DNA from: Naegleria gruberi
Lineage: Eukaryota
DNA: 64,000 nt
Assembly (NCBI GenBank): GCA_000004985.1
Contig: GG738871.1
Reading direction: 5' to 3' (one strand)
Shown: one piece after another, positions 46,152-57,599 of the stretch
Numbering within the stretch: position 1 is the first letter of the stretch
Layout: each line of letters begins with the position of its first letter
Translations under genes and position numbers: made by a program
Notes under the pieces: generated by a model
What the model saw: the letters and a program-made list of their open reading frames with translations, nothing else
Databases searched by the model: none
Told to the model about the DNA's origin: nothing

Positions 46152-48414
46152 ATGAATACAATCTTCTTCAACGTTGAAAATAAGCCTATCGCAGCTTTTG
46201 CTGTTGTTTACTTGAGTGAACAAAAAGTAAACTTTAAAGTTTCAAAGAATCCAGGTATCACTTTGGCTGAATCTGCCAGTGGGTAGGTGTCTTTCTTTAT
46301 TATTATTTTTATAATAATAATAATAATTAATTTTATTATTGTTGTTGATGATGATTAAAAAGTGTGAGAGGAAACTTTAATGTTGCTCAAGTTCTTTCAA
46401 AGAATACTAAACTCGCAGCTCAAAATACTGATGACGTTTTTGTTGCTTTTGAAACTGCTAGTGAAATTGCTAAATCAGGACTTATTGAAGAATTGGATGT
46501 TTGCATGCAAAGATTAGATGCTTTACTTACAACCAAGACATATTTCTCTGGTGAAGATTTGTCTGTTTGTGATTTGTGTATTTATGAAAGTCTTAAACAT
46601 CACAAATTAGTTATGGGATATTTGAAGAGATTTGAAAAATCAATTCCAAATGTTGTTCGTTATTTCTTCACTATTCATAGAAATCCAAAGATTCAACAAG
46701 TTGTTAAAATTTTGGATAATGCTGCTAAAGCTATGACTAGTACTGATGAAGTTTTAAATCCAACTCCTGCTGCAAGGATAACAAGTCAAATTGTGACAAG
46801 ACTGAAAAGAAGGAATCTCAACCTGAAATTAATTTGGAACTTCCACATGCTCAAATGGGTAAAGTTGTTACCAGATTCCCACCTGAAGCATCTGGTTTCC
46901 TTCATATTGGTCACGCTAAGGCTGCTTTGATGAATAATTATTTTGCTAAGAAATATAATGGTAAACTTATTATGAGATTTGATGATACTAATCCAGATAA
47001 GGAAAGAGAAGAATATGAACATGCTATTCTCTCAGATTTGGAAAGTTTAGGTGTTAAACCTGATATTCATGTTCGTTCATCTGATCACTTTGATAAGTGT
47101 ATTGAATTTGCTGAACAATTGATTAGAGAAGGAAAGGCTTATATGGATGATACTGCAGTTGAAGAATTGAGAAGAATGAAAATGGAAGGTATTGAATCTG
47201 CTAACAGAAATAATTCTGTTGATAAGAATATGGAAATGTGGAAGGAATTACTTGCTGGTACTGAAAATGGAAAGAAGTCAGTCCTCAGAGCTAAGATTGA
47301 TATGAAATCATTGAATAAGACTATGCGTGATCCTGTTCTTTTCAGAAGTAAGGATAAACCTCATCCAAAACTTGGTGATAAGTATAAGGCATATCCAACT
47401 TATGACTTTGTTTGTCCAGTTGTTGACAGTTTGGATGGTGTTACTCATGCTTTGAGAACTTCTGAATATAACGATAGAAATGAACAATACTATTGGATTA
47501 TTGATGCTTTGGGTATTAGAAAGCCATTCTTGTACGATTTCAGTAGATTGAACTTTGCTAATACTGTCATGTCTAAGCGTAAATTGCAAAAGATTGTTGA
47601 TATTGGAGTTGTTGAAGGATGGAATGATCCTCGTTTCCCAACTGTTCAAGGTCTCTTACGTAGAGGTTTGACTGTTGAAGCTTTGTACAATTTCATTTTG
47701 GAACAAGGTGCTTCTCGTAACGTTGTTACTATTCAATGGGAAAAGTTGTGGGCTGAAAATAAGAAGGTTATTGATCCAAAGGTTCCAAGATATTGTGCTA
47801 TTGAAAAGACTGATATTGTTAAATTCCATTTATCAAATGGTCCACAAACTATGGAATCAAAGGAAAATGCAAAGCACAAGAAGAATGATTCTCTTGGTAA
47901 GAAGACTACCTATTATACCAATACCATTTATTTGGATAGAGAAGATGCTGCTGCCATTGAACAAAATGAAGAAGTTACTTTGATGGATTGGGGTAATGCT
48001 ATTATTCAAGAAATTGTTAAGGATGACAGTGGTAAGGTTGTTGAATTGAAGGGTGTTTTGCACTTGGAAGGTGACTTTAAGAAGACTAAGAAGAAGTTGA
48101 CTTGGTTGCCAGTTAACCCAGAAGTTAATACTGAAAATGTTCAAATTGTTCATTTCGGTCATTTGATTAACAAGATTTCTTTATCTTCTGATGATAATAT
48201 TGAAGATGTTGTTAATCGTAATTCCAAGACTGTTACTACTTCAATTGGTGATCATAATTTAAAGTCATTGAAGAAGGGTGATATTATTCAATTGGAAAGA
48301 AGAGGTTATTTCATTTGTGATGTTCCATTTGATGGAAAGTCATTGACTTTATTCAATATTCCAGATAGTGTTTCAACAAAGACAACTGCTGCTGCTGCTT
48401 CTACTTCTAAATAA
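46152..48414 (+). CDS. cytoplasmic glutamyl-tRNA synthetase (class I) with N-terminal GST-like domain; intron 46283..46362, plus an apparent -1 frame change near 46750..46830
   Basis: HIGH is present (FLHIGHAKAA) and KMSKS is present (VMSKRKL). The GST-C-like region has the ...FSGEDLSVCDLCIY... core. Exon 1 MNTIFFNV...AESASG ends at GG|GTAGGT. The catalytic frame (frame 1) opens only after stops at ~46745, while the upstream GST frame (frame 2) runs on to 46930. Confidence 0.8.
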
Positions 48415-48418
48415 AAAA

Positions 48419-51400
48419 ATGATAAACTCTAAACCAAAGAGTTTACTTCAAATTGCTAAAGATCGGAAAAACAAATTATCATCACAATCTTCTCAATCAT
48501 CTCAATCATCACAAACATCAAATGATAATAATAACACTAATTCATCATCATCATTAACAATATTGAATCATTCTAGTAATACTAGTAGTAATAACAATGT
48601 TAATACTACTAATAATATTGGAAATAATAGTACTACTACTTCTACTAATAAGACGACATCAACATGTAAATTAATAATTAAACCCAAATCTTCCATTAGA
48701 CTCTATTCCGAAACTGTTGATTTATCATTTGAATATTCAAGTGATAAAGAAAGTGACAATGACGATATTCAAATCATTCATACTCCAGTTAATAAGAAAC
48801 TTTCAACTCCTTCATCATCACTAACATCACTATCATCAACTACTTCCACTCCATCATCACTTTTAAAATCACTATCATTACTACCAAATAATAATAATAA
48901 CATGACCACTTTAAAAACCACAACTAAGAATGAAATATCAAATAATAATAATAATTTATCATCATCATTATCAACATCTACAAATTTAATAGTAGAAACA
49001 TATAGTTCATTATTAGAAGATTTAACTCAACAAGATGATGATATAAATAGTAATTCATTAAATATAAATAGTAATTCATTAAATATTAAAGAACCATTAA
49101 TTAAAAAAAGAAAACAATTTAAAATTCCAAGTTTTTACATGACAGATGAAGAAATTAAACATGACATTTCTTTATCTAAAACAATAATTCCAATTTTAAA
49201 TATTCAAGATAAATTTTCAATTCATTTTACAAAACCATTTTGGACAATTTATAAAGATGGAAATGAAATTCTATTATTAGATTTTAGAAAACCAATATTT
49301 ACAAATTTATTATTTTTAAAATTAATTTATTATTTTAATTTTAATAAAACTAAAATAATTGAAAAATCTAAATTTATACATTCAATTAAAGATTTAATTA
49401 TTTTATTAAAACCATATAGTACTTTATTAGTAAATAATGAAAATTTAGAACAATTAAAAAAGGAAATTGAAATTATTTTAAATGAAGATTTAAAAAATAA
49501 TTTTATAGAAAATGAAAATGTAAAATATGTAAATAATTTTCAATATTTAATTTTAGAATATTTAAATACAAATATTCATAAATTTAAAAATACTAAAAAA
49601 TCTAGAAATTTAAGAAAATTAAGAATGTGTGAAGAATTACTAAAAAAGGAATTTAATTCTAAATTTATAAAAAGTTTTGAAAAATCTGAAAATTCATTTT
49701 ATTCAGATTTTAATTTTAATTTATATGATTTCATGTCAATTTATTTTAATAAGGAAAAATTTGAATATTTAAATCTAAATGAAATTGATTTTAATAATTC
49801 CATAAAAGAATTTCATAAAATTTTAAATGAACTCATCATTTCAACTATATACTATAATAAGGGTCAATATATAGGTGATATTATAGCAACAAATTTATTA
49901 AAAAAATCCATAAAAAATAATACTACTATATATGGCAGTGAATACCAAAATAGTAATAATGATGAAAAACAACACCAATATTATATTAATAGTGATAATA
50001 GTGATAATGATGATAGTGATGATAGTGATAGTGATGAAGAAGAAGAAGAAGAAGAAAATGAAATAATTCTAGATAGTCATATTCCACATGGATTTGGAAG
50101 TTGGAAATTTATAGAAGAAAATAATGAAATTTTCTATAAAGGGGAATGGAAAAAAGGGAAAAAGGAAGGATTTGGTATTTTACAAACATTTGAAATATTA
50201 TATGAAGGAGAATGGAAAGAGAATGAAATGAATGGATTTGGAATATTTAAAATATTAAATGGATATCATAAAGGTAGTATTTATTATGGTAATTTTAAAA
50301 AAGGAAAGAGAAATGGATTTGGAATTCAATTTTATAAATATGAAGGAAATAATGAAATATTAAAAGATGATTTGAATGAATTTAATGAATTTTATAGAGG
50401 TGAATGGTTAAATGATGTTAGAAATGGAAAAGGTGAATTTAAATCAAAATATGAATGGAAATTGGGAGAATGGAAAAAACATGAATTTAAAAATGGAATT
50501 TTACTAATTAAGGAATGTTTAGAAATTCAAGATTCAATCATTACAAATTGTATTCATTCACAAATAGAAATTGAAAAATATTCAAAAAAAACAAAAAAAT
50601 CTCAAATTCCTTCAACTATACTTCCATTTATATTTTCATTAGATAATTTAGATAAATTAACAGTTGTAGATGCAATTATTGCATATGGTAATCAATCTAA
50701 ATCACCTAAACGTACAATTTATAATGGTTATTGTTTTAGATCAAAATTGGAAAGTCGTTGGGCTAAATTCTTTGAATGTTGTGGAATTGAATATCAATAC
50801 GAATGTAAAACTTTTATTTTAAAAGATGGAACATCATATACTCCTGATTTTTATTTACCTTTTCTCAATTTTTGGATTGAAATTAAACCAAATTATCCAA
50901 GTGAAGAAGAAAGAGTTAAAGCTCAATTATTAAGTTTTGTTTTACAAAAACAGACTAGTAATAATAATCAACATAATGAATTGACAGAATTTGAAAAGAA
51001 ATATGAAAGATATTTACAATCAAATCCAAGAATTTTCATTTTATATGGAGATGTTAGTGCTCCATTTATTAAGAAATTTCAATCAGGAGGAATGGCAATT
51101 GAATTTTTCAAAACAGATCAACAAGAAAATTCTATTCAGAATAGAACAAATAAGAGAATTACACCTCCAAGGAGTGGCAATACTACTTCTACTACCAGTA
51201 ATCCAATTAGAGAATCTGTTCTATTTAATACTACTGAACCATTGGGCTGGTGTCAATGTCATCATTGTGGTAAAATTTCACTTGAATATAGATGTAAACC
51301 CAAGTGTTGTACTAACAAGACAGCAGATAATAGTACTGCTTCGACAAGTTTAGTTGATTCAGTGGTGACATCAGAGCTTGGTCCAACTTTGAGTAATGCT

Positions 51401-51523
51401 TATTATGCAGTTACCAAATTATCGTTTGATGAATGGAGAGTGAGAAATGAAAATACATTCTTTAACAGTATAACACAAGAGATTGAAATTACAACAGAAA
51501 AGAAACGAAGTAAATTCTTTTAA
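48419..51523 (+). CDS. MORN-repeat protein with C-terminal PD-(D/E)xK nuclease-like domain and Cys/His cluster; long N/S-rich N-terminus
   Basis: MORN repeats (YKGEWKKGKKEGFGI, YEGEWKENEMNGFGI, YYGNFKKGKRNGFGI, YRGEWLNDVRNGKGE) are present. The nuclease-like core is SKLESRWAKFFECCGIEYQYE...YTPDFYLP...WIEIKP, giving E ... PD ... E-x-K. A CHHC-like cluster follows (WCQCHHCGKISLEYRCKPKCC). Confidence 0.6.
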   Translation: MINSKPKSLLQIAKDRKNKLSSQSSQSSQSSQTSNDNNNTNSSSSLTILNHSSNTSSNNNVNTTNNIGNNSTTTSTNKTTSTCKLIIKPKSSIRLYSETVDLSFEYSSDKESDNDDIQIIHTPVNKKLSTPSSSLTSLSSTTSTPSSLLKSLSLLPNNNNNMTTLKTTTKNEISNNNNNLSSSLSTSTNLIVETYSSLLEDLTQQDDDINSNSLNINSNSLNIKEPLIKKRKQFKIPSFYMTDEEIKHDISLSKTIIPILNIQDKFSIHFTKPFWTIYKDGNEILLLDFRKPIFTNLLFLKLIYYFNFNKTKIIEKSKFIHSIKDLIILLKPYSTLLVNNENLEQLKKEIEIILNEDLKNNFIENENVKYVNNFQYLILEYLNTNIHKFKNTKKSRNLRKLRMCEELLKKEFNSKFIKSFEKSENSFYSDFNFNLYDFMSIYFNKEKFEYLNLNEIDFNNSIKEFHKILNELIISTIYYNKGQYIGDIIATNLLKKSIKNNTTIYGSEYQNSNNDEKQHQYYINSDNSDNDDSDDSDSDEEEEEEENEIILDSHIPHGFGSWKFIEENNEIFYKGEWKKGKKEGFGILQTFEILYEGEWKENEMNGFGIFKILNGYHKGSIYYGNFKKGKRNGFGIQFYKYEGNNEILKDDLNEFNEFYRGEWLNDVRNGKGEFKSKYEWKLGEWKKHEFKNGILLIKECLEIQDSIITNCIHSQIEIEKYSKKTKKSQIPSTILPFIFSLDNLDKLTVVDAIIAYGNQSKSPKRTIYNGYCFRSKLESRWAKFFECCGIEYQYECKTFILKDGTSYTPDFYLPFLNFWIEIKPNYPSEEERVKAQLLSFVLQKQTSNNNQHNELTEFEKKYERYLQSNPRIFILYGDVSAPFIKKFQSGGMAIEFFKTDQQENSIQNRTNKRITPPRSGNTTSTTSNPIRESVLFNTTEPLGWCQCHHCGKISLEYRCKPKCCTNKTADNSTASTSLVDSVVTSELGPTLSNAYYAVTKLSFDEWRVRNENTFFNSITQEIEITTEKKRSKFF

Positions 51524-51542
51524 ATTTGTGTTTTTATATTCT

Positions 51543-54265
51543 TTACACCATTACAGATGTTTCACTCAAATCCTCTTCATTGAAAAACGAGTCATCCTCA
51601 AGCAGTCTATTCAATACTTGAATGGTTCTATCCTTATCTGCTACAACTTCGAATAATTTAGCATTCTCTAACTTTAACTGTTTGAGTTGCTCGTCTATCG
51701 ACATGTTATCTCGTTTAAGGATATCCAATTTAGAGCTCACCTCTTCAGTTCCCTCTTTAATGCTTGCCAATCTGTCTTGATGATTTCTTTGAATTTCCTT
51801 TTCCTGATTACTTCTTTCTAATTCAAGCTTTACAAAAATGTTATCTAATAAATCAACAATTGAAATCATTTCATGATCTTGAGCAAATATTTCCTCAATT
51901 TCCTTTGAAGGTGTTAAAGAGAGGGAATAATAAATAGATTTAAGCTTATTGAATATTTCCTTTCTATCTTCTAACATTTTTGATTTTTCTTCAGAGTATA
52001 ATTGTTTTGAGGCATCATATTCATGTTTATGAAATTCTTCCTTTTCCTCAAGATTTCTAATCAAAGTTCTTGCTTCTATTAATTCTAATTCTTTTGAATC
52101 TAATCTATCTGTTTTACTTCTCAACTTGACTTTATATTTTGGAATTCTAGATGAAGCTTCTTGTAATTGTTTTCTCAACATTACAATTTCTCTTTCATAA
52201 GCTTCTTTCATTGCTTTGATAGAATCATTATCCTCATCCTCTTCAGATGATGATTCATATTCAATTTCTTCTTTATGTTCTTTATGATCCTCAAGTGATA
52301 ATTCATTCTTATCAATTATAATCTATAAAGTTAGCTATTGAAAGAATAATTTACATACATTTGATTTTAAGAAATCATAGTGATCATTTCCAATTATTTT
52401 AGCAAGATCCATAGAGACACCCCTAGTGAACTTTGGTTTTGCCTTTGGTTGTGGTACAACAGATTTTGATTCAGTAATTGGTGCAGTTTGAGGTGGTGTT
52501 TGTGGTGTTGGTATTTGAGATGTGATTGGTTTTTTAGGTGAATCTTCTCTCTTTGTTGGTGAAGTAGTACTATTAGTTAATAAGCTACCTATAGTATTTG
52601 GAATGTTGTTACTCGTTGGTGGTTGTTGATTAATTACAGATTGTTGTGAGTGTGTTGGTGTTGTAGTTGGTGTTGTTGAATTAGTTGTTGAGAAAGTCGT
52701 AGATATAGTTGGAGATACCTCAATGACAGGTGTTGTTGTTGATTGAACATGAGTAGTTGGTTCAACATCTGATTGTAAATTAGTTTTTGGTTCTGGACTT
52801 GCTAAAGGTTCACCTTCACATTCCCAAATTCTAACCTTATTATCTGAACAAAAAGCAAATATTCTTTGATTGGGTAATTCAATCATATCAACAACTGAAA
52901 CTGAATTTGCTTTAATCTTCTTGATGGCTTTCAAAGTACTCGACTCAAATATATGAATTACCTTATCATCACCACAACTCCACACTTGCTTATTTGTTGC
53001 TAGTATTTTGTTAATGGTACTTTCGTGAGCTTTGATTTCCTTAATACATTTCATCTTTTCACAATCCCAAATTCTTAATTTACCCTCACTATTGCATGTC
53101 CAAATATTTAAACCAGAATTAATAATCTGTTTTGAATTAATCATGGATGGCATATCTTTAACAATTTTACCATCTATGGAATCTCTAATTTTAATTTGGC
53201 CATCATCAGATAAAATCCAAACCTGATTAAATTTTTCCAAATAAACCATACCAACTATTGGAGATTGTTCTGATAAAATTTGAATTGGTTGAAATGTGTC
53301 AGCATCTAAAATTCGAATAGTTCTATCCATTGATGATGTCCAAATATATCTTTTAGATGTAATAGTATTTACAATGCATAATATTTGTGTAACAGTTGCT
53401 GAATGACAATCAAACTCGAATACCTTATTAATTGTAACTGCATCCCATATAATTATTTTACCATTACTGAAACCTGTCCAAACTGTACAATCAACTTGTT
53501 TAGAAAATGATTTTACAACTGTCATGGCTGTAAATGTTAACTTGGATATTTCATTTAAAGGTCCATTAGTTGATACTCTTCTAAAATCTAAATTATTTAA
53601 ATTACTTTTCACATCATAAATACAAAATTGTCCTTCAGATCCACCTGTCCAAATAGATCCTGTTTTTTCTACATAACAAACACAATTTACATCTCCTTGC
53701 TTGAATACATTCTTAAAGGTATTAATTAATTCTCCTGTTCTTCCTATATTTATATTCGAATCTATTGTTGGTGATGAACATCTTGGTGTTGAAGGTGCAG
53801 AATTTTTTGATCCCTTTTCAGCTAATAAGGGAATTCCCTTTTTTTGTTGTGGTGTTGGTATTGGTGATGCTGCAGAGATGAGATTTGATGAAGAATTATT
53901 ATTACTATTGGTCAATGCTGTAAATGGTTAATATTGAGAGAAATAATATAGATCCTTACTTTTCTTTGTTGTTGAAACCACTGGATTCGATTTGGTGACT
54001 TGAAAAGATCAATACTAAGAAATACTGAGAAAATTACCTACCTCCAGGAGTTGAGAAAGGCTTTAATTTTGATGAAGGTGTTTTCGGAGTAACTTTTATA
54101 ATGATAATAAGGCCATGACCATCATCTATAAAACATACCTAAATTTGTTGATGATGAAACTCCTCCACTCGTCATTCCTGTTGTTGATGTCGCTGCTGCT
54201 GATGTCGTTGATGAATTTGATACGCCACTTAAATTACTTGTATTAAGGAGATGACGTCGATTCAT
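51543..54265 (-). CDS. WD40 beta-propeller protein with C-terminal coiled-coil (NEDD1-like architecture; identity uncertain); five exons 54139..54265, 54042..54092, 53960..53998, 52359..53917, 51543..52322
   Basis: All exon phases are consistent (1,1,1,0). The introns are 46, 43, 42 and 36 nt. Internal exons of 51 and 39 nt encode VTPKTPSSKLKPFSTPG and VTKSNPVVSTTKK. WD repeats are of the type WTGGSEGQFCIYD, IWDAV, IRILDADT, LRIWDCE, VRIWECE. The last exon is heptad-rich. Confidence 0.65.
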
Positions 54266-54277
54266 TTTTTTTTAAAA

Positions 54278-54289
54278 TTGGCGCCAAAA
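54278..54289. promoter_or_regulatory. palindromic E2F-type site TTGGCGCCAAAA 13 bp upstream of the WD40 gene ATG (54265, minus)
   Basis: Read directly. Confidence 0.45.
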
Positions 54290-54403
54290 TTACATTGACT
54301 GAAGTAGACGTTAAGGGTTTTAAAATATCTCGTTGCAAAATTGGTCCTTTCGAGAATCTCTTTTTATTAATCATCATTAAATTATATAATACTCCAATGA
54401 TGA

Positions 54404-54935
54404 TTAAACTCTTTTTTGAGCAATATAATAATAACATGTACCTAATTGAAAAACTTCCTTCTTTACAACGTTTAAACCAGAATCTTGAACAATTTTTTCA
54501 ATATCTCTATTCCACCAACATCCCCATTTCTTAGCTCTATCAACACTCCATGCATCTAAATAGTTTGTTATCCATTGATATTTACTTGATTTCTATATTT
54601 ATAATTAAAAAATTAAATAAAAATTAAAATTAAAATTAAAACAAAATTAATAAAAAAATTAAATAAAAAAATTAAATTAAATTAAATTAAATTAGTAAAT
54701 ATTAAAAATTATAACATACACCATGTTCTAATAATAAAATTTTACCACCTGGTTTAGTAACTCTATTAATTTCTTGTAAAGCCTTAACAGGATCTTCAAA
54801 AGAACATAAACCATAACCATATTATCCCAATCACACAACAATTATAACATATATTTAAACTACTCTTATATAAATTGATAGAATAAAAACATACACTCCC
54901 ATACCAAAAACACCCAATCCAAGAAAACCAAGTGA
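54404..54935 (-). pseudogene. class I SAM-dependent methyltransferase (Methyltransf_11-like) gene remnant lacking motif I and an intact 5' exon structure
   Basis: The post-II/III region FEDPVKALQEINRVTKPGGKILLLEHG (54720..54821) splices cleanly to a C-terminal exon KSSKYQWITNYLDAWSV...VFQLGTCYYYIAQKRV* (54404..54592). Immediately upstream of the first segment there is an in-frame TAA and no usable acceptor. Nothing upstream encodes a GxGxG SAM-binding motif. Confidence 0.35.
54593..54719. repeat. AT-only microsatellite ((AAATT)n/(AATTAAA)n variants) occupying the intron of the methyltransferase remnant
   Basis: The run aattaaataaaaattaaaattaaaattaaaacaaaattaataaaaaaattaaataaaaaaattaaattaaattaaattaaatt is read directly. 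Confidence 0.7.
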
Positions 54936-54968
54936 AAACTTTTTAAACATTTTTATTTAACATTGAAA

Positions 54969-57119
54969 TTAATAAGTGTTGGGAGAAATTGGTGGCGAAA
55001 TTAAACTTGCTGATGTGGTTGGAGATGGAAAATCATTTACTCCACCACTGTGTGCTCTAGGTGATGATTGTTCATTCAATTCTTCTTCGGATAATTCTGT
55101 CGTTTTCCTTGTAAGTTTTTCTTTTAAGGATTTTAATTGTAATTCCTTATCATAATTTGACATTGTTGATGAATTTAATTCATTCAGATCATCTTCATCG
55201 CTTCTTCTATCATCTTCATCATCTTCATCTGGATTGGATACATCATCTTCATCATACTCAATATTTGAAGAAGGTTCAGGAAGATCAATTGGTTCATCAT
55301 CTTCGTCATCTTGATGTAAAAAATCATCGTCCAATTCGTATCCATCTCCCATTGAGTATGAATCTTCTAAGGAATGATCAATTTCAGCATCAAAAGATTG
55401 AATTGATTTTTCTTGTTGTGATCTTCTAAATTGTTCTCTCAATTCATCTTCAAAACTTAATGGATTATCCAAATAATTTGAAGTATTCTTTTTCTTTTGA
55501 GAATTTTCAATCTTGTCATAAATTTCTTGTAATCTTTGTTCTATTGATTCTTCTTGATTTTTTTCATTGTTATCTTTTTTCAATTGATTTTCAAATTGTT
55601 TGCTATGTGTTAAATTTTCTAACAAATCTTCAAGTGATAAATCTGTTAATTCTTGAGCTAAGCTTCCATTTGTATTGGTATTCTTATTTGGTTTTTTTGT
55701 TGAATCAGTTGAAAAATCACTCCTATTCATGAATGAATTATCTCCAACTGATAATAACGATGAGGAGGTATTGAGAAAACTTGACATTAAACCATTTTCA
55801 TCATTATAATTATCATCAAGTAAATGCCTAATCTGTCTTTCATTTCTTCTTTGTTTCTTTGAATCTAACATTTCTGATTCAGTAACTAAATCAAAATAAG
55901 TTGGATCTGTTCTTCTTGTAATACCAGGTGGTGCATTAACTTCATCTCTGAGTTTTTTATCTGCTGAAACTCTAAAATTACTTGTTTCTCTTAAAACTAT
56001 ATATGGATGAAGATCCTTATTTCTAACTCTATTATATGAAGGTACATCTTCTGCTAGTATTGTATAAAAATAGTATTGGTCATTTGAATTCTTTGATTCT
56101 CTAAACGCCTTATAATTAACAAGTATTAAAATTAAATATTCATATAATTCTACTTTAGGTTCTTCTGCAAATAGATATGTCTTTTTAACAAAATCATTAG
56201 GTTTCTTATTCTTCTTCTTATTTTCTTCACATTCTTTCGTCTTTTTTGATATTAATTTTAATAATTCTCTTTTACAATTTTCAATTAATTGTCTTGGTTG
56301 ATCTTTTAAAGATTTCTTAGTCAAGAAAGGAATTCTTGAAATTGGAACATAGTGAGGAACAACACCTAGTTTAACCTTCTTCTTTCTATTAACATATGGT
56401 ATCTTATTACCTTCAACACATTCATTAATAACTTGAGATCTACAATATAAAAAGAACATTAAATCCACTGCAGAATAATAAGGTGTTAAAAAAAGTCCAA
56501 ATAATTCTAATTGTTTGCTAACATCCCTATAATATTTTACACATTCTAAAAGTTCTGATGTTGTTTGTTTAACTAAACTTTCCAATCCTAATCTTTTGCT
56601 TAAATGATTAAACACAAATGATGAAAATGTTTCCAGAGAACCATCTGGTGATACAATTTCTGCTAAAAAACATTGATATCTACTGTTATAAATATCATCA
56701 AGTAAACGTAATGCCCAATCTAAGGTTCTTACTGGCTTCTTTTCAATATTAGCAATATTACTATTAGATATGTTTGATATTCTTGAAGTATTCATTGATG
56801 AAGAAGAAGGAGTTTGTGGTTGGTCTGCTTTGTAAACAACTCTAACTTTTCGTTCCCCATCTTTTGAGAATGATAAATGATCATCAGGAACGGAACTTAA
56901 TAAATTTAAAATTACCTCCTTTTCACTTTCACTTAATGCACTAAAACTCATTGAAAGAGAAGAGAGAGGCTGAGGTTGTTGTTGCTGTTGAGGTTTTTCA
57001 ATGGATGAAGGAGAACCATAGCCTTTTATATTGTCCAATTCATAACGGCTTGATGATCTTGGAGTTTCAGTTCTCTTGCTCATTGTCCGTGTGTTTTCTA
57101 CTAGAGTACAATTTTTCAA
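54969..57119 (-). CDS. hypothetical 716-aa protein, acidic C-terminus; no recognisable domain
   Basis: Uninterrupted ORF whose composition matches neighbouring genes. Confidence 0.45.
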   Translation of the reverse strand: MKNCTLVENTRTMSKRTETPRSSSRYELDNIKGYGSPSSIEKPQQQQQPQPLSSLSMSFSALSESEKEVILNLLSSVPDDHLSFSKDGERKVRVVYKADQPQTPSSSSMNTSRISNISNSNIANIEKKPVRTLDWALRLLDDIYNSRYQCFLAEIVSPDGSLETFSSFVFNHLSKRLGLESLVKQTTSELLECVKYYRDVSKQLELFGLFLTPYYSAVDLMFFLYCRSQVINECVEGNKIPYVNRKKKVKLGVVPHYVPISRIPFLTKKSLKDQPRQLIENCKRELLKLISKKTKECEENKKKNKKPNDFVKKTYLFAEEPKVELYEYLILILVNYKAFRESKNSNDQYYFYTILAEDVPSYNRVRNKDLHPYIVLRETSNFRVSADKKLRDEVNAPPGITRRTDPTYFDLVTESEMLDSKKQRRNERQIRHLLDDNYNDENGLMSSFLNTSSSLLSVGDNSFMNRSDFSTDSTKKPNKNTNTNGSLAQELTDLSLEDLLENLTHSKQFENQLKKDNNEKNQEESIEQRLQEIYDKIENSQKKKNTSNYLDNPLSFEDELREQFRRSQQEKSIQSFDAEIDHSLEDSYSMGDGYELDDDFLHQDDEDDEPIDLPEPSSNIEYDEDDVSNPDEDDEDDRRSDEDDLNELNSSTMSNYDKELQLKSLKEKLTRKTTELSEEELNEQSSPRAHSGGVNDFPSPTTSASLISPPISPNTY

Positions 57120-57599
57120 ATATGATGATGTAATATGCTGCTTATTGTTTTTAAAATGACAATATAGTTATGTGTGGTCCTAGAGTTGCAAACCTGTAAT
57201 CGGGCCGTAGTTAGCAGCAAAGATTCACAAGTTGCGATTGTTGGGATGGTTGTGTGTCTTTTTTTTAATAACATAACGCTGCAATATTAAGGAAATTCAA
57301 GAGATGGAAAAATAGAGGAACAATTAAAAGGCTCATTGGTATACAATAAAATGTTTTATGAGGTTGCATAATTCAATTTTGTAGTTGTAAAAAAGTCTAG
57401 CTTACTCCATTCAAGATTCTCATCAACATCATTACCACAACCACAATATCAAAGCCTTCAATTTTCATCACATAAAAAAAATCAACAACACTAACAATAC
57501 TACCCTTGCTATTAATAAATATCTAGTCTAGTGTGAGTGAACATCCCAGTCTACTAACTAATCAATAACTCTAATCAACTAATCATCGTCATCATCATC

